From the NCBI GenBank assembly GCA_965237675.1, contig OZ250150.1, positions 2,368,001-2,432,000 on the forward strand: a stretch of DNA of 64,000 nt. Reading direction: 5' to 3'. Numbering within the stretch: position 1 is the stretch's first letter; the number at the start of each line of letters is the position of its first letter. The notes beneath the pieces are model-generated. The model saw only the letters and a list, made by a program, of their open reading frames with translations. It searched no databases and was not told the origin of the DNA. Source of the DNA: Candidatus Latescibacterota bacterium (GTDB taxonomy: Bacteria > Latescibacterota > UBA2968 > GCA-2709665). Below are positions 40,821 to 50,383 of the stretch, in pieces. Both the position numbers and the translations under genes were made by a program.

Positions 40821-42056
40821 TCACGACGGCGAGACGAGGCGCAGGGCGTTCTCCGAGAGCAGCCTGCAATGCACCGGCGGCTCCAGGTCCAGTCCGAGTA
40901 GCCAGGAGCGCTGCTCTTCGCCCGGGGCGTCCCGGCCGAAGAGCAGGCTGACCTGGCACCGGGGCCGGCCGTTGGCCGGGTCGGGGAGGAAGGGCACGTC
41001 GAGACGCAGCACAACGGGCATGCCCAACTCCCCGGTCCCTTGATCGGTCCTCGTCTGCTCGTCGAGCCGGCGTTTCCTTTCAACGCGTCTGTCCAATTCC
41101 AATATGGCATTCCGGTATTTCCCGCTGGACTTTCTGGCATAGGCTTCCTGCAAAGCGGCGCGCGCCTGATCGAACCGGTCCGTATACATGCAACTCAGAC
41201 CAAGATCGTAGTATGCCTTATAAACTTCGGAGAAATTGGAATAGGTCTCTGCTGCCTCCTGGAAGATGTCGATTGCGGCGTCCCAGTTGCCCGCCTGGAC
41301 CATTCTGAAGCCCCGTTCCAGTTCCGGCATTTCCTTGTGGGTCTCAAATGAGACATATACGCGCTCCGTATATGGCACAATCATCCGCACAAGGGACCGC
41401 ACGATATCCGACCGGCAAGCCGCCAAAAGCCGCCTGCGATCGGCGTTGTCGATACTGGCCTCGCTTTGAGTTTTCCCCGACGTCCTTATTGTCTCACTCC
41501 TCGAAAAATTCCTGCTGGCCAATATTCTTGAAGTGCGCAGATCCACAATTCGCAGCTGGATCTCTACTCGCGCGGTACCCTTGCGTTTGTATTGCCGCCT
41601 GGTCGTTCCCTTATCAGTCTTTCTGTTTTTCTTCTTAACATCCTCTTCGATTTCCGCTTCTTCGTAGTCGTATGCCAGGATGCCGCCCGAGATGAGGGCG
41701 GCGTTTCCGGTAATGTTGTCCCGGTCACCTGAAGCCTTCAGACTCTCATAGTCCAGGAGCTCAAATCGCCCGGAATGTGAAAAGGCCTGCGCCATCTCAG
41801 CGGAGAGTCGTCGGACCCAGGTGTCCCTGGATTCCACACCCTGAAGAAACTTGCCCAGATCGCTGAGTTTGGATACGAATCCGCTCCCCGAACCCTTTAT
41901 TTCGCCGATTGCGATTCTGTCAAACTCGCTCAGGTTGATTTCAGCCGGACGGGTTACAAGAAACGAAATTCTCTTGCCGCCGCTGCAACCTGCAAATAGA
42001 CCCGGGATCGATAGGAGTGACCAGAGGATAAGATTCAGCCAACACGTTTTTTTCAT
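40821..42056 (-). CDS. CsgG-like/TPR lipoprotein with a probably foreign C-terminal tail
   Basis: Lipobox LFAGC; 'RIVDLRTSRIL'; TPR 'AYYDLGLSC'; composition shifts to high GC near 41040. Confidence 0.7.
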   Translation of the reverse strand: MKKTCWLNLILWSLLSIPGLFAGCSGGKRISFLVTRPAEINLSEFDRIAIGEIKGSGSGFVSKLSDLGKFLQGVESRDTWVRRLSAEMAQAFSHSGRFELLDYESLKASGDRDNITGNAALISGGILAYDYEEAEIEEDVKKKNRKTDKGTTRRQYKRKGTARVEIQLRIVDLRTSRILASRNFSRSETIRTSGKTQSEASIDNADRRRLLAACRSDIVRSLVRMIVPYTERVYVSFETHKEMPELERGFRMVQAGNWDAAIDIFQEAAETYSNFSEVYKAYYDLGLSCMYTDRFDQARAALQEAYARKSSGKYRNAILELDRRVERKRRLDEQTRTDQGTGELGMPVVLRLDVPFLPDPANGRPRCQVSLLFGRDAPGEEQRSWLLGLDLEPPVHCRLLSENALRLVSPS

Positions 42057-42565
42057 ATCGTCGCACTCGAAGTGGGGTTTTGTCCACGTTGTTTGAACTT
42101 AAGTGGGTCCGATGCGGACTTGATGCTGCAAGCTGTGCGAAAAACGCCTTATCCCGCGATGAAAGGGGCCTGTGACGAGAAAGGTATCGCTAGACGCCAC
42201 CGACGTCAAGTCGAACACGGATGCCGGTGAGATTTCCGGATGGTGTTTCGCTCTTTCAACAGGGAGACTGAATTGGGATTGGGAGGCGTTCCGAAAGTCA
42301 GGTGGCGAGGACGAGGAAGACGAGGCGATTACCGGGTCATGCATTTATTGTATGCGATGGCCCTAACCATCCGGATGTTGTCTGAATTTCCGAAACGGAC
42401 AACGAACGGTCAGGCGGATAGAAACCAGAGGGAAACGTGGTACCCGCAAACTCGCCGAAACAGGAACGCATTCTCGATAATATCGCCCTATTCAGGCGCC
42501 GGTTCACCCGGTCTCCCGGACGAATTCCGTTGAACTGTCCTGGAGCCGGGCTTCGTGACTGTCGT

Positions 42566-43333
42566 TTAAGTCAACGTGCGGATACGGACCATAATCGCTT
42601 CGACGGTTTCAGTCACCGCCGAGAGCAGCGTGTAGCGGTCTTCGATTTCCACCTCTGCGTCTGCATAGCGGTATCGCACAGCGTACTCGGTCAGCCACGC
42701 CAGCTTCTCGCCGGCCGAGGTGTCGTTTTCGGCCGGATGCCGGCGAACGGTCGCCGCGAGCATGGCCAGGTCATGCGTGTTGCGATAGTCGTCGTCGAGC
42801 GCGGATATCCAGCCCTTAAGCGCATTTTCAAGAGCCTGCTGCGCGTGAAACCCGATGGCTTCCTGAGCGGAATTGGCCTCTACGAGAATCTTTAGTACGG
42901 CGAGTTCGCGCTCAGCATTGGCGACACGCTGCCCTATGTCGGGCCAGTTGGTCGGGTCCGGATTGTCGTAGGACGCCTTGTTTCCATTCGCATCAAATCC
43001 ATCGCGGACTGCCTGGCCTGCCACGTGGTTGCGCGCCCTGCGACCGTCGTGGAAGGTCTGCTCGCTCATTCGGACCAATTCGACGTCGATCGAATTGTCG
43101 TACAATTCGTCGACTTTGCGGTGGGCTGCGGCGCCCGTGCGTTGATATTTCTGCCGGTCCGTGGAATCGGAGTCGGTTATGATGAGCAGGTCGATGTCCG
43201 AATGAGGGCTGTAATCGCCACGGGCGCGCGAGCCGAACAGAATGACCCGGTCCGGGCGGACCGCATCATCAACCGCCTGGGCGACGGCGCATGCTTTCGG
43301 GTCGGGAGACAGAAGCGTTGGCGGCGCTGGCAT
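42566..43333 (-). CDS. Fused MNT-HEPN protein (TA-like)
   Basis: LFGSRARGD..SDIDL; FHAQQALENALKG...THDL...RY. Confidence 0.85.
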   Translation of the reverse strand: MPAPPTLLSPDPKACAVAQAVDDAVRPDRVILFGSRARGDYSPHSDIDLLIITDSDSTDRQKYQRTGAAAHRKVDELYDNSIDVELVRMSEQTFHDGRRARNHVAGQAVRDGFDANGNKASYDNPDPTNWPDIGQRVANAERELAVLKILVEANSAQEAIGFHAQQALENALKGWISALDDDYRNTHDLAMLAATVRRHPAENDTSAGEKLAWLTEYAVRYRYADAEVEIEDRYTLLSAVTETVEAIMVRIRTLT

Positions 43334-43614
43334 GGTTGACTTTCGGCTTCCACTTAGCTGCGTACGGATCACGAGAACCTGCCGGTCAAACCCGGAAACC
43401 GGCGGTTATGCTGAACAATCGGCTGTTTTTCAATGACTTTGGCGTAGAATGTACCGACAACCTGTCAATTCGCGGATTCGGGTTGTTCAGAGTGAGGTTG
43501 CGCGCTCTATGGTGGATGGATTCATCGCTGTACCCGGAAAAGGGAGCATATTCTCGGGTGTTGTCCTTTCGATCCTGTCCATCCATGCAGAATCCGGTTA
43601 CTGAATTAAAAAGT

Positions 43615-43851
43615 TCAGATGCGTTTCGCTATTTGGGGCTGAATCTCTTCGTACTCGGGAAAGCGGCCCTCTTTTATTTTGGAAAAGGCGAGTTCGCCGT
43701 CGACGGTGACTTCAAAACGTCCGCCGCCGGCGGGGATGAGCGTGAAGGCTTCGATATCCTGCTTGAATTCTCTCAGGAGTCTGTCCGTCAAACTGACGGT
43801 CTGATCTTCGTAGCCTCAGGCCGCGCAGTATTCGATGTCGATTCTGGGCAT
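43615..43851 (-). CDS. Rdx (SelW/SelT/SelH-like) selenoprotein, 78 aa, CxxU
   Basis: MPRIDIEYCAA-U(TGA 43816-43818)-GYEDQTVSLTDRLLREFKQDIEAFTLIPAGGGRFEVTVDGELAFSKIKEGRFPEYEEIQPQIAKRI*; GGGAGG RBS. Confidence 0.9.
43785..43799 (-). promoter_or_regulatory. Candidate bacterial SECIS hairpin
   Basis: CCGTCA-GTT-TGACGG; the loop starts with G, 22 nt after the UGA. Confidence 0.7.
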
Positions 43852-44065
43852 GGTGGCGCCTCCCTGGACGTTTGCGGTTGGAAACCGCTGTTGGAATGGA
43901 TGGCGAGGGTAAGCTGTGGGCTTCTTAATATATCTCGGCGGGAGGAGTTTGTCAACTCCAGGGATCCCTGTGTGTATCGGGATTCCGCTTGACCGTCGTG
44001 ATCGCGAGGCTTAGATTGCGTTGTCCTGTCAGACGGCAGGTATTGCTCAACAAAAGGAGTATGCG

Positions 44066-45577
44066 ATGTCCACGGGGCAGGCCTACGAGGATCTCATCGG
44101 CATATGGAAAAAAGTTCAACTGCTGGAATCCTGCGCGGCCGTTCTGGGGTGGGACGAACGCACCTATATGCCGCGGGGCGGCGCCGCGCACCGGGCGGAG
44201 CAGCACGCCCTTCTGGCGGGTATGGCGCACGAGCGCGCCACGGCAACCGAGGTGGGCGATTTGTTGTCGCGGATTGAGCAGGGCGATAGGGTATTTTCGT
44301 CGGACACGGTGCCTGCCGTAAACGTTCGTGAAATCAGGTGGGAATACGACAGACGGGCGAAGCTGCCGAAGTCCCTTGTGGAGGCGCTCGCCCGGGCGAC
44401 GACCCTTGCCGAACAGGCCTGGCAGGAAGCGCGCGAGGCGTCGGCGTTTGAGCGGTTCCTGCCACACCTCTCGGAGGTGGTGCGGCTCACGCGGGAGGCG
44501 GCCGAGGCGCTCCGTGATGAGGGGACAGCCTACGATGCGCTGTTGAATCGATTCGAACCCGGAGCGAATGCCCGGAATCTCAAGGAGCTGTTCGGGGCGC
44601 TGCGAGGCGAACTGGCGCCGTTGGTCGCGGCGATCGCGGATTCGGGAAAGGCGCCCGACGCGTCGATCTTGACCCGAGAGTATTCCGTGGCGAGGCAAGC
44701 CGCGTTCGGCGCGTCGGCCGCGAAGGCGATCGGGTTCGACTTTGAACGCGGGCGGCTGGACGTGACGGTACATCCGTTCTGCACGGGAATCGGGCCGGGA
44801 GATACACGGATAACGACCCGTTATGACCGCAACCAGTTCGCACAGGCCTTCTTCGGAACCCTGCACGAAGCCGGTCACGGCCTCTACGAGCAGGGACTCG
44901 ACGCCGGGCACTCGGGTACGCCGATGGGCGAGGCGGTATCTCTGGGAATCCACGAATCCCAGTCCCGAATGTGGGAGAATTTCGTGGGACGCAGCAGGGC
45001 GTTCTGGGCGCATTTTTTCCCGAAGGCCCGGGACGAGTTTCCCGCCGCCCTGGCGGACGTTTCACCAGACGCCCTTCATTTTGCGGTGAACGACGTGCGA
45101 CCTTCGTTTATTCGGGTGGAGGCAGACGAGGCGACCTATAATTTGCATATTATGCTGCGGTTCGCGCTGGAGGAGGCGCTCGTTGAAGGCGATCTTGCGG
45201 CGGCGGACGTTCCGGAGGCGTGGAACGAACGCTTTGAGCGGGACTTCGGATTGAAGCCGCCGGACGATGCGCAGGGATGTCTGCAGGACGTGCACTGGAG
45301 CGCCGGATTGATCGGATACTTCCCGACCTATACGCTGGGCAATCTCTACGCCGCCCAGTTGTTTGAAAGGGCCCGGGAGGATCTGGGCGACATCGACAGG
45401 CAGTTCGCCGAGGGTAAGTTCAGGCCGCTGCTGGAATGGCTGAGGGACAGGATTCACAGGCACGGAAGACGCTATCGTGCCGTGGAACTGGTGGAGAAGG
45501 TGACGGGAAAACCTCTGGGCCACCGGGCATTGATGGCGCATTTGAAGGCGAAATTCGGACCGTTGTATGGGGTTTGA
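44066..45577 (+). CDS. Carboxypeptidase Taq (M32)
   Basis: WD..TYMP.GG, HPF, HEAGH, HESQ, IRVEAD, GCLQDVHW, GYFPTY. Confidence 0.95.
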   Translation: MSTGQAYEDLIGIWKKVQLLESCAAVLGWDERTYMPRGGAAHRAEQHALLAGMAHERATATEVGDLLSRIEQGDRVFSSDTVPAVNVREIRWEYDRRAKLPKSLVEALARATTLAEQAWQEAREASAFERFLPHLSEVVRLTREAAEALRDEGTAYDALLNRFEPGANARNLKELFGALRGELAPLVAAIADSGKAPDASILTREYSVARQAAFGASAAKAIGFDFERGRLDVTVHPFCTGIGPGDTRITTRYDRNQFAQAFFGTLHEAGHGLYEQGLDAGHSGTPMGEAVSLGIHESQSRMWENFVGRSRAFWAHFFPKARDEFPAALADVSPDALHFAVNDVRPSFIRVEADEATYNLHIMLRFALEEALVEGDLAAADVPEAWNERFERDFGLKPPDDAQGCLQDVHWSAGLIGYFPTYTLGNLYAAQLFERAREDLGDIDRQFAEGKFRPLLEWLRDRIHRHGRRYRAVELVEKVTGKPLGHRALMAHLKAKFGPLYGV

Positions 45578-46526
45578 GCCCACGGACAGGCGGCCGGTGA
45601 TTCTGGATGCGGATCCGGGCGTGGACGATGCCCTGGCGATGATGCTGGCGCTGGGTTCCCCGGAACTGGAGGTGCTTGGCATCTGCACGGTAAGCGGCAA
45701 TGTGCCGCTGGACATTGGAACCGGTAACGCGCTGAAGGTGCTGGCATTGCTGGATCGGGACGATGTTCCGGTCTATCCGGGAGCAAGCCGTCCGCTTCGG
45801 AGGGACCCCGCATATGCTACGGAGGTCCACGGACCCGGAGGATTGGGGGATTCGGCGTTGCCGCCTCCCGTGCGTTCGCCTTCGCGAGACGCGGTCCCGT
45901 TTATGGTCGAGACACTCTCGGCGCGGCCGGGCGACGTGACGTTGATCGCCGTGGGGCCGCTGACCAATCTTGCCCTGGCGGAAGCACAGGCCCCCGGAGT
46001 GTTGAAAAAAGCCCGGGAGGTGTGCGTGATGGGAGGCACGATCGACGAGCCCGGCAACGTGACCCCTGCGGCGGAGTTCAATTTCTTCGTCGATCCCGAC
46101 GCCGCGAGGCTTGTGTTACGTTCCGGCGCGAGCATAACGCTGGCGTCACTGGACGTGACCCACCGGGCGGCATTGGAAGCATCGCATCTTGCAGGATTAC
46201 CGTCAACTAAGGCGGGTCGCTTTGTGAAAGACGCGGTGCGGCCGGCCGTGGAACATTCCGGGCGGGTTCAGAATCGCCGTCGTTTTTGTCTGCACGATCC
46301 GATGGCGGTGGGTCTGGCGATCGATCCGTCCTTCTTCCGCATCGAGACGGTTTTTGCAGACGTGGAAACAGAAGGAGATCTGACCGCGGGGCAGGTGGTT
46401 GTGGACAGACGGCCGTTCTCAAAGGTCGAAAACCGGAAGGGGCGGCCGGTAAGGTGTGCGTTGGACGTGGACGCCGGTCGTTTTATGGCGTTTTTTTTGT
46501 CCCGGGTTTTTCCGCCAACCGTATAG
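45567..46526 (+). CDS. Nucleoside hydrolase (IU-NH family)
   Basis: DADPGVDD, HG..GLG, GPLTN, AEFNF..DP, HD. Confidence 0.92.
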   Translation: MGFEPTDRRPVILDADPGVDDALAMMLALGSPELEVLGICTVSGNVPLDIGTGNALKVLALLDRDDVPVYPGASRPLRRDPAYATEVHGPGGLGDSALPPPVRSPSRDAVPFMVETLSARPGDVTLIAVGPLTNLALAEAQAPGVLKKAREVCVMGGTIDEPGNVTPAAEFNFFVDPDAARLVLRSGASITLASLDVTHRAALEASHLAGLPSTKAGRFVKDAVRPAVEHSGRVQNRRRFCLHDPMAVGLAIDPSFFRIETVFADVETEGDLTAGQVVVDRRPFSKVENRKGRPVRCALDVDAGRFMAFFLSRVFPPTV

Positions 46527-46543
46527 CGCAAGGTGTTCCGACG

Positions 46544-47290
46544 TTGAAAGCGATTATCATCGGTGCGGGTCGGGGAATACGATTGATGCCTCATACCGAA
46601 AACGCGCCGAAATGTCTTGCTACAGTGAAAGGCCGGCGCATTCTGGATTGGGGCCTCGACGCCTTGCGGGCGGGCGGGTTGCATGAGATCGTGTTTGTCG
46701 GGGGCTACCGCATCGGGGAGGTGCAGACCCAATATCCTGCGCTTACGTATTGTCACAACGCGGACTGGCCCAATAACAATATCCTGATGTCCCTGATGCA
46801 CGCGGAGTTCCATATGGACGACGGTTTCATCTGCGCGTATTCCGATATTCTATACAGGCCCGAGATTGTCGTGAATCTGATGGATAGCGTGCACGAGATT
46901 ACGCTGGTGTGCGACACGGCCTGGCGCACACGTTACCGGAAACGGTCCGAGCATCCCGAGAACGATGCGGAGAAGATGGCCTCCGTGGGCAACCGGGTGG
47001 TTGCAATCGGCCGGAACGTACCCGGCGAGATCGCCCATGGCGAGTACACGGGGATTGCCCGTTTCGGAAGAGAGGGGACCGTGCAACTGCGCGACGCCTT
47101 CCACCGGGCGAGGACCCTGTACGACGGACGGCCGTTCCAATCGGCCCTCTCCTTTCAGAAAGCGTATCTGATCGACCTGTATCAGGAGATGCTGGACGCC
47201 AGGGTCCCGATGCATCTCATGGAGACGGAGGGCGGATATATGGAGATCGATACGAATCAGGATTTCGAGATTGCGCGAAAGGAATGGTAA
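46544..47290 (+). CDS. LicC-like phosphocholine/phosphonate cytidylyltransferase
   Basis: KAIIIGAGRGIRL...PKCL, GGY, EIDT; TTG start at 46544. Confidence 0.8.
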   Translation: MKAIIIGAGRGIRLMPHTENAPKCLATVKGRRILDWGLDALRAGGLHEIVFVGGYRIGEVQTQYPALTYCHNADWPNNNILMSLMHAEFHMDDGFICAYSDILYRPEIVVNLMDSVHEITLVCDTAWRTRYRKRSEHPENDAEKMASVGNRVVAIGRNVPGEIAHGEYTGIARFGREGTVQLRDAFHRARTLYDGRPFQSALSFQKAYLIDLYQEMLDARVPMHLMETEGGYMEIDTNQDFEIARKEW

Positions 47291-47291
47291 T

Positions 47292-48353
47292 ATGGTCGGC
47301 AACCCCGTTCTCTTTCCGGCAGGCGTTGTGGGAAGTATGCCGCGGTCGCAGTTTGTGCGCGACCTGCTGGACCCCGAAAAAGCGCCCGACGATGCGTCGG
47401 AGTTTGCCGAGAGGATGGATGCCTCGGTGGACTACGTTCTGGCGTTGCAGGAGGCCGCCGGGTTGGATATCGTCTCCGACGGCGAGTACCGGCGCCGGTC
47501 CTATATCGGCATTATCGCGGACGTGGCGGATGGATTCGTTCGGGAACGGAAAGAAGGACTCTGGTGGCACACGGTGGTGGAACCTGTGGAGGCGAAAACG
47601 AGGGGTCTAGCCGCTGCGGAGGCGAAATATCTGAGAGCGCGGACCCGCAAAGCGATCAAAGTGTGCCTGCCCTCTCCATATCTGCTGGGCCAGCGCATGT
47701 GGCATCCGGAGCGATCGCGTGATGCGTATCCCACTCGCGAGGCGTTTATGCGCGCGCTCGTACCGATTCTGCGGGGTGAACTGCTTCTGCTGCGGGACGC
47801 GGGTGCCGACGTGGTTCAGTTCGACGATCCGCATCTCTGTCTGTTTGTGGACCCCCGTGTGCGCGGGAGGTACGAAAATCCGGTTCGGGAGATGGACCTC
47901 TGCGTGGATCTCCTGAACCAGATCGTGGATGGCGTTGAGGGATTGGCCGTGGCGTTGCATCTGTGCCGGAGAAACAAGGGCCGGGCCGGATGGGTTGGTC
48001 AGGGCGGTTACGGACCGATTCTGCCCGCGTTGCTGCGACTGAACGTGGATCAATACGTGATGGAATTCACCGTTCCCGTTGCGGGAGATCTGGACGTGTT
48101 GAAACATATCCCGCAGGACCGGCAGGTGGGACTGGGCTGTGTGGACTGCAGGTCTCCACGGATCGATCCCGTGGACGCGATCGTCCGGCGGGTGGAACAG
48201 GCGCTGGAATTCCTGCGTCCCGACCAGATTTTTCTGAATCCGGACTGCGGGTTTGCGCCCGGAAACTCGGCGGAAATTCCGGTTGAAGAGGCTTACGCGA
48301 AGCTCTGCAACGAGGCAAGGGCGGCGCGAATTCTGAGGGAGAAATACGGGTAG
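47292..48353 (+). CDS. Cobalamin-independent methionine synthase II family protein
   Basis: VVGSMPR, SDGEYRR, QFDDP, HLCR, NPDCGF. Confidence 0.85.
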   Translation: MVGNPVLFPAGVVGSMPRSQFVRDLLDPEKAPDDASEFAERMDASVDYVLALQEAAGLDIVSDGEYRRRSYIGIIADVADGFVRERKEGLWWHTVVEPVEAKTRGLAAAEAKYLRARTRKAIKVCLPSPYLLGQRMWHPERSRDAYPTREAFMRALVPILRGELLLLRDAGADVVQFDDPHLCLFVDPRVRGRYENPVREMDLCVDLLNQIVDGVEGLAVALHLCRRNKGRAGWVGQGGYGPILPALLRLNVDQYVMEFTVPVAGDLDVLKHIPQDRQVGLGCVDCRSPRIDPVDAIVRRVEQALEFLRPDQIFLNPDCGFAPGNSAEIPVEEAYAKLCNEARAARILREKYG

Positions 48354-48371
48354 GCGGTTTCCTGTTCTCTT

Positions 48372-49331
48372 TCAGGGGTTCCGTCGGAGCTGGAGGTAGG
48401 ATTTGTACCGCTGGCGGGAAACGATATCTTCCTCCACCGCGTGTTTGACAATGCAACCGGGCTCCCGGACGTGGGTGCAGTTCCGGAACCGGCAGTATCC
48501 GGGCAGGCTCAGGAATTCCCGGAAGAGCCCATCGATTTCTTCCGGGTCAATCTCCCACAGATGGAATTCCCTCACGCCGGGCAGGTCTCCGACCATGCCG
48601 CCGGTTTCGAGTTCCACAAGTTCCATATGGGTGGTCGTGTGCCGGCCTTCCCCGGTGGTTTCGCTGATTTCGCTCGTGCGCAACTCGAGGCCCGGCTGCA
48701 GCCAGTTGAGGAGGCTGGATTTTCCGACTCCCGAAGGCCCCATAAAGAGCGAAATCCGGCCTCTCAGGAGGCTCAGGAACTCTTCCTTGCCCCTGTCCGT
48801 AATGATGCTGGTGAATACGACCGGGTATCCGATTCGTTTGTAGATCGAAGCCGACGTCTCGAATGCGGCGGGGCAGGGCAGGTCCAGTTTGTTGAAACAG
48901 ACGGCGGCGGGTATTTCACACCATTCCGCAACGGCAAGCATACGGTCCAGCATATTCCAGTCCGGTGGCGGGTCGGCCACGGAAAAGACCGGCAGGAGTT
49001 GATCGATGTTGGCTGCCAGGATCTGTTCCTTCTTTGAACTTCCCGAGGCCCTTCGCGAGATCTTGTTCCGCCGTGGCAGAATTTCACGGATGAGACCGGT
49101 ATTCCCTTCGCCGGTATCTATTCGGACACGGTCGCCTATGGCAACAGGGTCTACAACGCGCGTGCGGCGGACGGACTGTACGCGTTTTCGGCGAGAACCG
49201 GGCGCCGCTTCGGGGTATTGAAGCTGTTTGCGCAGTTTGCTCGAGACGGCGCAGTCAACCACCCTGTTTCCGGTGGCGACATGATAGTGCCGACGGTATT
49301 CGCGGATGACGATGCCTTCGGTGTGTTCCAT
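48372..49331 (-). CDS. rsgA: Ribosome small subunit-dependent GTPase A
   Basis: NKLD, GPSGVGKSS, GRHTTT, DLPG, CRFRNCTHVREPGC. Confidence 0.95.
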   Translation of the reverse strand: MEHTEGIVIREYRRHYHVATGNRVVDCAVSSKLRKQLQYPEAAPGSRRKRVQSVRRTRVVDPVAIGDRVRIDTGEGNTGLIREILPRRNKISRRASGSSKKEQILAANIDQLLPVFSVADPPPDWNMLDRMLAVAEWCEIPAAVCFNKLDLPCPAAFETSASIYKRIGYPVVFTSIITDRGKEEFLSLLRGRISLFMGPSGVGKSSLLNWLQPGLELRTSEISETTGEGRHTTTHMELVELETGGMVGDLPGVREFHLWEIDPEEIDGLFREFLSLPGYCRFRNCTHVREPGCIVKHAVEEDIVSRQRYKSYLQLRRNP

Positions 49332-49633
49332 AACAGGGCCTGGCAGGTGGGGATGTTCCGTGGCGCATCCGGCGCCGGGGCATTTCCATTATTCCAACAT
49401 GCTGTAAAAAGAAAAGTTATGGTCGATGTTCGCCATCAAGGCAGCGTTCACAACGCGCGGAAAATAAAGTGACGAAAATCCTTTGTCAAGAAAAAAGACG
49501 AGATGATCCCGGACCGCGCCTCGGGGGGGCTTCGTGAATCGGTTTGACTTTCCCCGGCCATTTGTCCATATTCTTCGAAGACGGCGTTTACAGGAAGCGA
49601 TCTGTTTTTCCGTCGTGCTTGCGGGGGCTTGTC

Positions 49634-50383
49634 ATGGAGCAGGATCTATCACCGATTTTCAAGCGCTGGACTTTCGATCCTCAACAAACCTGCACCAGAA
49701 AGATCGTGGGAATTGACGGTCGGGAGAAGCTTCAGATCCGTTTCGAACTGGGCCTCCTGCAGATGGAGATGACCGGTCGACCCGACGGCACATCCCCTAG
49801 AGGATATGAGTCGGCCCTCGATGCCTACCTCGATCGACTGGAAGCTCACCGCCGCCTGCACGGTTCAGACGAAGGATTCTGCCTGGATGAGCGTGCGTGC
49901 GATTTGTTGTGGTCGGAAGGCGTACAATTCTATCAACGGTACATCTGCCTACTGCACCTGGGCGATTACGAGGGGGTTCTCAGGGATACCACACATAAAC
50001 TTGCGTTGCTGGATCTGGTCAGGACCTTTGCCGGCAATGACGAGATCAAGTGTGAATTTGACCGTTCCCGCACGTGTGTGCTCATGGTTCATGCCCGATC
50101 CAAGGGAGAGATCTGTCTGCAAAACGGAGAATTCAGCGGCGCTCTCGAGGTCGTTCAGGAAGGTATCGAGGAAATCCGCGGCTTTCTGATTGGATTCGGA
50201 GATCCTGAGCTTCTCGAGTCCAGCGACGAACTTCGTTCACTGGAGGAATGGGCGGAAGAGATTCGGCGTCGATATCCGGCGGGCGCCAGAGAACACCTCT
50301 TTGAACAGATAGAGACGGCGGTTGCCGAGGAACGGTACGAACAAGCGGCGATGCTTAGAAACCGTCTGCGCGGGTTGAACTGA
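49634..50383 (+). CDS. Conserved protein with C-terminal UVR (UvrB/UvrC) motif
   Basis: 'LGLLQMEMTGRPDG', C-terminal 'AVAEERYEQAAMLRNRL'. Confidence 0.8.
   Translation: MEQDLSPIFKRWTFDPQQTCTRKIVGIDGREKLQIRFELGLLQMEMTGRPDGTSPRGYESALDAYLDRLEAHRRLHGSDEGFCLDERACDLLWSEGVQFYQRYICLLHLGDYEGVLRDTTHKLALLDLVRTFAGNDEIKCEFDRSRTCVLMVHARSKGEICLQNGEFSGALEVVQEGIEEIRGFLIGFGDPELLESSDELRSLEEWAEEIRRRYPAGAREHLFEQIETAVAEERYEQAAMLRNRLRGLN

Noticed and set aside
43291-43992. 233-aa plus-strand ORF
   Set aside because: It is the antisense shadow of the rdx selenoprotein gene and has no recognisable motifs.
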